From Candidatus Saccharimonadia bacterium (GTDB lineage Bacteria; Patescibacteriota; Saccharimonadia; UBA4664; JBIOIQ01), in NCBI GenBank assembly GCA_044449985.1, contig JBIOIQ010000004.1, positions 141 through 64,140 of the forward strand: a DNA stretch of 64,000 nucleotides. Direction: 5' to 3'. The translations under genes and the position numbers were made by a program. Position 1 is the first letter of the stretch. Every line of letters begins with the position of its first letter. Below are positions 17,041 through 23,721 of the stretch, piece after piece. The notes below the pieces were generated by a model. That model was given only the letters and a program-made list of their open reading frames with translations. It did not search any database and was not told the DNA's origin.

Positions 17041-18693
17041 TTAGTTAATAGGTAAATGATCATAAATATGACTTAGGTTTGCGCTCCGATAATCTTTGAC
17101 GAACAATTCATGCATCTGCGCCACCGTTGTATCGACTTTTTTGCCCGGATTAAAAATGTTATGGGGATCAAAAATCGTTTTTATTTCTCTAAATATATTG
17201 ATCATAGCTGGACTATATAATTTATCTAAATAAGGAGTTCGGAGTATACCGTCATTATGTTCGCCAGCGAAGCTCCCGCCTAATTTGGCAACTAGAGCAT
17301 AGAAGTCATTGGCAAGCTTAAGAGCTGCTTCTCGATTTTTCTGAACGCCAACATCGATTAGTGGTAACAGATGGAAATGACCATCTCCGGCATGTCCCCA
17401 TATCCCAGACTCAATGTTATATTTATGGAGTAATTTCGATAAGCAATCTAAAAACTCTGGGATCATAGGCAACGGGACAATAGCATCCTCAATAATTGGA
17501 ATGGCCAGATGCTTAGATTTAGCCTGCCAAATAATCGAGGCGGAATTGCGTCTCATTCTCCAGATCGCTTGTTGCTCTCGAACCTTCGTGCTGATCTTTG
17601 CATCGCTACCATGTGATTTCATTATCTTCAAAGTTTGCCTTGCCTTCACAACCTGTCGAATCTGCGAGAAATCATCAAATTCCACAATTAAGACAATTTT
17701 TGGAAAGGGTGCCGAGATTACATTGTCATATATTCCTGGATATTCCGAGCTAACGAATTTAAGCAAATCGTCATTAATTGACTCCATAACACTTGGATTT
17801 AACCTCTTTAGCTTAATAATAGCTTCAGTGGCATTTCTTATACTGTCAAAATAGCCGAGCACGAGGGTAGTTTTAGCATTATACTGCTCAGTTTTTAAGC
17901 TTATTGAGCTAAGTAACCCGAGGGAACCTTGCGAACCTATAATAAGTTGACCGAGATCAAAGGAGCCATCTTTAGTTTTAACATCCCAAATGGCATAACC
18001 CGAAGTATTTTTTGTTACTTTGGGCCTAGCAGAGCGTATTATTTCCCGCTTTTGATCAATTAGGGCATCAATTTTGCGATAAATTTCACCTTCGAAGGTC
18101 GAGAGTCCTTTTTTTCGAGATAGCTCTCGCCCGTTTAAGCGCCGTGTCTCAATGATTGAACCGTCTGAAAGCACAATTGATAATGCTCGAACGAAGTTTC
18201 TGGTGCTCCCATATTTTAGCGATTTTTCACCTGCAGCGTTGTTTGCCACTGCTCCACCAATAGTTGAGACATCTTGACTACTTGGATACGGGGGTAGATA
18301 TCGTCCATGGCTTTGGAGGATTCTCTGAAGCGTTGTGTAATTGATGCCGGGCTGAACCGTCACAGAGTGTTTTTCCAGTTTTAACATTCGATTCATGTGA
18401 CTCGGAAACGAAAGAATCAGGCCACTTCCGATGGCGCCCCCTCCTAAGTCAGTGCCTTTTCCCCGAGGAGTTATACTGAGCTGTTTTCCGCTCGCAGCCC
18501 GTTCAGCGACAAATTTCACGGTCGTAATAATATCTTGTGTATTAAAAGGGTAAACTACTCCTGTTGGTTCAACCGAGAATATACCAGCATCGTTAGCATA
18601 GTACTTCAAAACTGACGACTCGTCCGTGACGCTGCCAGCCAGATCGCGCTGTAACTCCTCCAGAAAATTCTTCATCAAGATCAATCGTACCAA
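17041..18693 (-). CDS. FAD-binding oxidoreductase (GlcD / D-lactate dehydrogenase-like), paralog of 14991-16649
   Basis: It has the same blocks as the paralog: ITPRGKGTDLGGGAI, TIGGAVANNAAGEKS, GSQGSLGL and GHAGDGHFH...AGEHNDG. Confidence 0.8.
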   Translation of the reverse strand: MVRLILMKNFLEELQRDLAGSVTDESSVLKYYANDAGIFSVEPTGVVYPFNTQDIITTVKFVAERAASGKQLSITPRGKGTDLGGGAIGSGLILSFPSHMNRMLKLEKHSVTVQPGINYTTLQRILQSHGRYLPPYPSSQDVSTIGGAVANNAAGEKSLKYGSTRNFVRALSIVLSDGSIIETRRLNGRELSRKKGLSTFEGEIYRKIDALIDQKREIIRSARPKVTKNTSGYAIWDVKTKDGSFDLGQLIIGSQGSLGLLSSISLKTEQYNAKTTLVLGYFDSIRNATEAIIKLKRLNPSVMESINDDLLKFVSSEYPGIYDNVISAPFPKIVLIVEFDDFSQIRQVVKARQTLKIMKSHGSDAKISTKVREQQAIWRMRRNSASIIWQAKSKHLAIPIIEDAIVPLPMIPEFLDCLSKLLHKYNIESGIWGHAGDGHFHLLPLIDVGVQKNREAALKLANDFYALVAKLGGSFAGEHNDGILRTPYLDKLYSPAMINIFREIKTIFDPHNIFNPGKKVDTTVAQMHELFVKDYRSANLSHIYDHLPIN

Positions 18694-18715
18694 TTTTAGA
18701 GCATAATGGCTATGC

Positions 18716-19912
18716 TTAGTTTGGGGGGTTTAACACCTGAAGTTGGTTCCAAGGGATGCCATTGAGAGCACTGTAATCCGGCTGACCATTAAAAGCCGCC
18801 GTAATTGGATCTGTGCCGGTATGCCCTGTATAGGCCCAATCCCTGATATCTTCGCCAACCAAGGCCACCGCACCAGAAGTATCCGAGACAAACATGCCGT
18901 ATTTTTGTAAAGCGATAGCCACCATTTTTCCATAGGGCGTGAGAGTAAGTGAATTGACGTTGACACTTGGATCTAATCGATACCAGGTCCCTTCAGGTAC
19001 CGCGTCAGCGGCGTTAGTCCAGCCGTCGCATCGATCAGCTGGCGCCACAAAACATGGCGTCAGAGAGGTATCAACAAGTTGTACTGCCATAGCATGATTA
19101 ATTGATCCCGATTGTATATCAGCTTCCGTAACAGTACTTGCCAGATAGGATAAACCAGTGGCATTTTCACCATATGGATTTGGAAAAACTCCGTTTGCAG
19201 TACTCATGTTTGTGATTTCACCACCCCAGCAAGCCGTCCAATTTCCCCCATTATTTTCAGCATCCCAAAATTCCCACTCTGATTGCGATGATGGTTGATA
19301 AATAATCATTCCGTGATCGGTACCAGTAGCCGAGTAGGCTCCCGCTGGAATTGGAACCGCATTGATTTGTGCTTGCAAACCAGCGTAGACGCCACCGGAA
19401 CAATCAGATCCTGTCCCAGATGTTACTTTAACTGTCGATTGCCCTGATGAAACGGTAAATATGGGAATGCTAAAAGCGGAATCTTGGACGGTAAAGGTGC
19501 CATAATTTGTTTGATATTGGTGAACCAAATTAGCTACCAATGTCGCCGAATTGGCCGCAACCGTGCCGGTACTTGCAAGAGGATTATCCCAAAAGCTAGT
19601 TGGATAAGGACCAACACCTGAACTCGTGACACTCCCCCAATTTGTCGCAAGTATTGATAAATCAAGAATATTAACGACGCCGTCGCCGTTAAAATCCCCT
19701 TGCGCCCAGGTTGCTCCAGTGGCCCCCCAATTGCTAGCAAGTATTGAAAGATCAGTTATGTTTACAACTCCATCACCATTGGCATCTCCTGCAATATTGG
19801 CAGCGTGCGTGCCAAAACGCACATAAACACCGATCGCTATAACGAAAGCAATCATAATAATACCGCCCGCCCAATTGCGAGATGGTGATATTAAAGGATT
19901 ATTGCTCGACAT
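18716..19912 (-). CDS. exported protein with N-terminal type-I dockerin pair and unknown C-terminal domain
   Basis: The signal peptide ends at THA/AN. It is followed by GDANGDGVVNITDLSILASNWG...QGDFNGDGVVNILDLSILATNWG, two Ca-binding dockerin segments. The C-terminal ~300 aa is unassigned. Confidence 0.6.
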   Translation of the reverse strand: MSSNNPLISPSRNWAGGIIMIAFVIAIGVYVRFGTHAANIAGDANGDGVVNITDLSILASNWGATGATWAQGDFNGDGVVNILDLSILATNWGSVTSSGVGPYPTSFWDNPLASTGTVAANSATLVANLVHQYQTNYGTFTVQDSAFSIPIFTVSSGQSTVKVTSGTGSDCSGGVYAGLQAQINAVPIPAGAYSATGTDHGMIIYQPSSQSEWEFWDAENNGGNWTACWGGEITNMSTANGVFPNPYGENATGLSYLASTVTEADIQSGSINHAMAVQLVDTSLTPCFVAPADRCDGWTNAADAVPEGTWYRLDPSVNVNSLTLTPYGKMVAIALQKYGMFVSDTSGAVALVGEDIRDWAYTGHTGTDPITAAFNGQPDYSALNGIPWNQLQVLNPPN

Positions 19913-20027
19913 CCATCATGATTTTAACCATTACTAGTTTAACACGTCGGATGCTTATATTGGCAGGGCCACTGCACTGACAAGATCAGTCAAATATGCT
20001 AAAATCGCTTCGTTTACGCTACAAATT

Positions 20028-20113
20028 GGGCGAGTGGTGAAATGGTATACACGCTAGTTTCAGATACTAGTGGCCGCAAGGTCGTGGAGGTTCAAGTCCT
20101 CTCTCGCCCACCA
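20028..20113 (+). tRNA. tRNA-Leu (anticodon CAG)
   Basis: GGGCGAGTGGTGAAATGGTATACACGCTAGTTTCAGATACTAGTGGCCGCAAGGTCGTGGAGGTTCAAGTCCTCTCTCGCCCACCA has a long variable arm and an encoded CCA end. Confidence 0.9.
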
Positions 20114-20123
20114 AGTGATTATT

Positions 20124-20147
20124 GAGGCTTTGCAGGGCCTCGTTTTT
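20124..20147 (+). terminator. intrinsic terminator after tRNA-Leu(CAG)
   Basis: The hairpin GAGGC-TTTGCAGG-GCCTC is followed by GTTTTTG. Confidence 0.55.
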
Positions 20148-20271
20148 GTATTTACTCGTATAACACTCTCTCTGCACAATATAGAATTATAAGTTCTACT
20201 ATTTACAGTATTCGTGAAATATTGTATTATTGTGCGGCTCAAACTCGTGAGCACTCTAAAAAAGGAGCTGT

Positions 20272-21087
20272 GTGTCTGACGACCAACCGGATTTAGCTTT
20301 GATTGAAGAAATCGAAGCAACCAACCAGTTCAAAGAAAAACATGGACGCTACGTTCACTTTGTTCTGGAACACGGAGTTGACCTCTATCCATCAGAGCCC
20401 GAACCGGACTACGATGAATATGTCTATCGATACTTGTCAGATCCACCAAGCCATTTGGCGACAGCAACAGAGGAGGTGCGAATCGAAGCAGCCATCGAGG
20501 CATGGACCCTAGCGGTCTACTCTCGAGAGTATCGTATAGGCAATGCAGTCGTCGTAAGAATTAGGCTTGCAGCCTTTGCCACCCATCGATGCATGCTCGA
20601 CCATGCGTGCGAGACCCTTTCAAACGACAGTCATCTGCTCTCAACCATGCGAGCCCAAACTCGTATGAGGGTAATTGAAGAGCTTTGGGTCGAGCATCAA
20701 TGGCGAGAGCCACTTATAGCCCTCGTGGAGGCTGAATTCCCTGGTCCAGAGCTGACCCTGGCCAACATAGAGGCGTTCGAATCGAGGCGCCCATCTTTCC
20801 TCGCGGAAGCTCACGAACGACTAAAGATGCTTCACGACCTCACGGAAATCCTTGAAGGCATGCTGTGGGTTCAAGGTCAGATAGTTGCAGAGAAAGAACA
20901 GCAACTTCTGATGGTCCTCGCTGGCCAGGCTGCATTACTGTCTGCGCGAGGAGGGGGTCACGACCATTTAGCAATCGCCCTTCATATGCAGGCACGTGAG
21001 CTGATTGGAGCAAATGCAGAACAACCCGAACACCCTGTTTGGGCCGAGATTCTCACTAAGTTTTTCCCCATACCAGCTATGGGTTAG
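20272..21087 (+). CDS. hypothetical protein (271 aa), G+C-rich islet gene 1
   Basis: GTG start 6 nt after AAGGAG. The protein is acidic and helical, with no motif I recognise. Confidence 0.45.
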   Translation: MSDDQPDLALIEEIEATNQFKEKHGRYVHFVLEHGVDLYPSEPEPDYDEYVYRYLSDPPSHLATATEEVRIEAAIEAWTLAVYSREYRIGNAVVVRIRLAAFATHRCMLDHACETLSNDSHLLSTMRAQTRMRVIEELWVEHQWREPLIALVEAEFPGPELTLANIEAFESRRPSFLAEAHERLKMLHDLTEILEGMLWVQGQIVAEKEQQLLMVLAGQAALLSARGGGHDHLAIALHMQARELIGANAEQPEHPVWAEILTKFFPIPAMG

Positions 21088-21163
21088 TTCTACTAAGGGA
21101 GCCAACGTGCTAACCTAGTAGGTGCGGTAAGCGAGTACGTTAACAACCTATTTTTCAGAGGAG

Positions 21164-21490
21164 GTGGAGGCAACGGAACATCTAAACGCAACGGTTCAGG
21201 CTGTTTTACCCGGGCCCCATGGTCCGTACGTAGTTGCCACAGCAGTGGGCCTGTTTGGTTCAATCACTTTTGCATTGAGCGAACCAGTCTGGCTCGAAAC
21301 TGACACACCTGAACGGGGCGCGATGGTGGTCTTAAGTGACTTGCGCCGTAAGCAAGCGGGATGGCGGGCGCTTTCAGCTCGTTATTTCCGACCAGAAGAT
21401 GAGCAATCCAGCATCCAGCAACTAGAGAATGGAGAATTGAGCATTGAGCAACGACACCGTAACGTCCAATCGGGAGGTTCGCCCCCCTAG
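21164..21490 (+). CDS. hypothetical protein (108 aa), islet gene 2
   Basis: The ORF lies behind a GAGGAGG box. The start position is uncertain. Confidence 0.3.
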   Translation: MEATEHLNATVQAVLPGPHGPYVVATAVGLFGSITFALSEPVWLETDTPERGAMVVLSDLRRKQAGWRALSARYFRPEDEQSSIQQLENGELSIEQRHRNVQSGGSPP

Positions 21491-21782
21491 CAAAGCTCAG
21501 GTCAGGTTTGCTACTCAGTACCTGGGCTTAGAGCTCCCTCACGGAGCCGCTATGTGGGAAGTCACCCGACTCATCAAGCGTGAGGTACGAAGGAGGGGTC
21601 GCGAGACCCTTCGTGCTCTCGATCCGACGAAATACTATCTGGTAGAGCATCCAAAGTATGGACTCTGCGAGATCGACCGAATCGGGGAGCAAACGTTGAA
21701 GGTCACGTTACTAGTAATCGATACGAATCGCAAGATCGTCATCGATGCTATGTTCCTAGCGGACTGCAAGTTGCACGACTAA
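21444..21782 (+). CDS. hypothetical protein (112 aa), islet gene 3
   Basis: The ORF overlaps gene 2 by 47 nt in another frame. The start is uncertain. Confidence 0.35.
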   Translation: MSNDTVTSNREVRPPSKAQVRFATQYLGLELPHGAAMWEVTRLIKREVRRRGRETLRALDPTKYYLVEHPKYGLCEIDRIGEQTLKVTLLVIDTNRKIVIDAMFLADCKLHD

Positions 21783-21806
21783 CCATGTCGGCCTGATGAC
21801 CCTGCG

Positions 21807-21859
21807 AGGGGCACTGTCGTTCATTCGAGCGATAGTGCCCCTCCGGGGTTGTTTTTTTT
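21807..21859 (+). terminator. intrinsic terminator closing the islet
   Basis: AGGGGCACTGTCG...CGATAGTGCCCCT forms a 13-bp stem with one G-U pair. It is followed by GGGGTTGTTTTTTTT. Confidence 0.7.
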
Positions 21860-21923
21860 ATCAAGCAAAATTGAGTTTGTACCAAATCCCTAACCCCACC
21901 TACGTGCTCCACCAACTTAGGTT

Positions 21924-21948
21924 CGCGTGAGTTAAATTAACTCACGCG
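21924..21948. repeat. perfect 12-1-12 palindrome CGCGTGAGTTAA-A-TTAACTCACGCG
   Basis: Read directly from the sequence. No U-run follows it on either strand. It lies about 40 bp beyond the last gene of the surface locus. Confidence 0.8.
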
Positions 21949-21990
21949 ATCACCCATAAAACTTCGCAACCCAAATTCAAATATTAATGT

Positions 21991-23142
21991 TTAAAAGTAT
22001 CCCGCTGCAACTATAGTTAAGGTATCAGCATAATCAGTTGCGGCAGGTGTGATTCCTGCAATATCCGCTCTCTCTAAGAAGACATATCCGTCGCCGTTTG
22101 AGTCCCCAGTTGAGGAGCCGAAGGGGCGGAGTTGTGTTGGATCAAGTACACCCGCTTTTGTACCAGTTGTTGAGTCATAAGCTGGATCAGCAGTTCCGGT
22201 GCCTATTTGGCCCCCACCACCCTGAGAAACCGAACCCACTGCAAATCCATAGTCTTCTGATCCGGTTGTTAAAGTATGCGCTGCAGTTCCAAGGGAATTT
22301 GTGGTGTTATTTGCAACTGTGTAGTTAGCAATGGTTGAATGGAGAGCACCATGTTCATTAGCTGGACTTGAACCTGAATCAGTTACTCCTTTATTATTCG
22401 CATCTTCAACAAAGCAGGCATAGCCGGAGGCAGCATTGGTTTGCACAGTTGCAGTTAGTGTAACAGAGCTGACTGTAGCTGAAGGAGAGAGGTTCGAGCT
22501 AAAAGCTTGGGAATTTCCAGACAAAGTGAAAGTAAACGTGGGCGGAACAATGGCTGACACCGTAATCTGATCGCTAGTTATTGCGGCCGATGCCCAGTTT
22601 GAAGTATATTCGGCTGTAGATCCTGGATATGCACCATGAGCGAGAGTGGTCGAACCCTGAAGGCTAGGATTTGCTGCACTCGGATTTGAAACCGCGGCTG
22701 AATTTGTCCAGTTAAAGCAATACGGACCAGTACTTCCAGGCTGTGACGCGCCAGTAACATTAAAGTTTACTTGCTGACCAACTACCCCGGTACCACCAGA
22801 AGGCGCTGCGACACCAGTCCATGCTGAAGCGCCAGTCGGCCAATCCGGCTGTGAGGTAGTGTTGATTGTCCAATTACCATTTGTAGTACTGACCGTATAA
22901 CCAGCAGGGAATACGACTGAAAGTGTGGTTGCGGTCGTGCCCGGATTTGTTGAAAACTCTGAACAGATGGTTCCTGTTGTAGCAGTCGATGTCTGCATGC
23001 GGTTAAAGATAACTTGGGTGTATGCAAATGTTGGCGTTGCATCGGCAGTCCCAATTAAAAACGGCAATATTGTTTGAGCCAATAATGCGAAGATAAAGAC
23101 TAATTTAACTTTTCGGAAAATTTTTTGATTTTTTGCAAACAT
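21991..23142 (-). CDS. exported surface protein, family P copy 2 (383 aa)
   Basis: The signal peptide ends at GTADA/TP. By my hand count 315 of 383 residues are identical to 38251-39402, with no indels. The C-terminal half has the TFTFTLSG...GYACFVED...EDYGFAV pattern shared with family B. Confidence 0.65.
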   Translation of the reverse strand: MFAKNQKIFRKVKLVFIFALLAQTILPFLIGTADATPTFAYTQVIFNRMQTSTATTGTICSEFSTNPGTTATTLSVVFPAGYTVSTTNGNWTINTTSQPDWPTGASAWTGVAAPSGGTGVVGQQVNFNVTGASQPGSTGPYCFNWTNSAAVSNPSAANPSLQGSTTLAHGAYPGSTAEYTSNWASAAITSDQITVSAIVPPTFTFTLSGNSQAFSSNLSPSATVSSVTLTATVQTNAASGYACFVEDANNKGVTDSGSSPANEHGALHSTIANYTVANNTTNSLGTAAHTLTTGSEDYGFAVGSVSQGGGGQIGTGTADPAYDSTTGTKAGVLDPTQLRPFGSSTGDSNGDGYVFLERADIAGITPAATDYADTLTIVAAGYF

Positions 23143-23178
23143 TTTTGTTTAAGAATTATTTTTATTCTTATACGCAGG

Positions 23179-23207
23179 ATAATAATTCTTATGTTTTAAA
23201 ATGTCAA
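23179..23207 (-). promoter_or_regulatory. sigma70-type promoter for family P copy 2
   Basis: The minus strand reads AAAAAAAG-TC-TTGACA, a 17-nt spacer, then TATTAT, about 35 nt upstream of the ATG at 23142. Confidence 0.55.
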
Positions 23208-23261
23208 GACTTTTTTTGCACAAACAGAGTAAACTTTTTCTGCTATGCCACCAATGATTTC

Positions 23262-23720
23262 CTATAATCCAGGGATGGCAGGTTGTGTTGAAGCAAAACT
23301 GACTGGACCGACCGCGACTATCCTGTCTATTCCTGGTCTATAAATGATCGCTAATTGATTTTTCTCATAGATCAAAATCTCGTCCCCGTTTTTAGCCTCT
23401 TTAAAAAACGGGGTGTTTAACTTATTTACGTCCGTAATAGTTGCGAGTGCTGGTACTTCGTTAGTAGGCAGTAAATAGTGACGAGCAACTTTAGCTTCCA
23501 CAAGCTCTAGTTTTCCCAAACCTGAATTAGCTGGATGACGATATTTTGCGTAATAGAGCGCTCCAATAACCAAGGTGATTCCAATAACTCCAAGGATAAG
23601 AAATTTATAATTTTGTTTTAAAGCTATAAATATTTGATTTTTTTTCTTACTTGAAACTAAAGCAGGATTTTTTATCCTTATATCACTAATAACTTGATGT
23701 TTAGTAGTGGGCTCAGACAT
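23262..23720 (-). CDS. small N-terminally anchored protein (152 aa)
   Basis: I placed the start at MSEPTTKH (23720), 1 nt after the upstream stop. It has a single TM helix (FLILGVIGITLVIGALYYA). Confidence 0.45.
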   Translation of the reverse strand: MSEPTTKHQVISDIRIKNPALVSSKKKNQIFIALKQNYKFLILGVIGITLVIGALYYAKYRHPANSGLGKLELVEAKVARHYLLPTNEVPALATITDVNKLNTPFFKEAKNGDEILIYEKNQLAIIYRPGIDRIVAVGPVSFASTQPAIPGL

Positions 23721-23721
23721 G

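Noticed and set aside
20060-20320. Minus-strand ORF of 86 aa.
   Set aside because: It overlaps tRNA-Leu(CAG) and its terminator. It has no Shine-Dalgarno, and its product is of low plausibility.
21164-21782. Interpreting the 47-nt overlap of islet genes 2 and 3 as programmed frameshifting.
   Set aside because: No slippery heptamer or downstream structure is seen. Uncertain start-codon choice for gene 3 is the simpler explanation.
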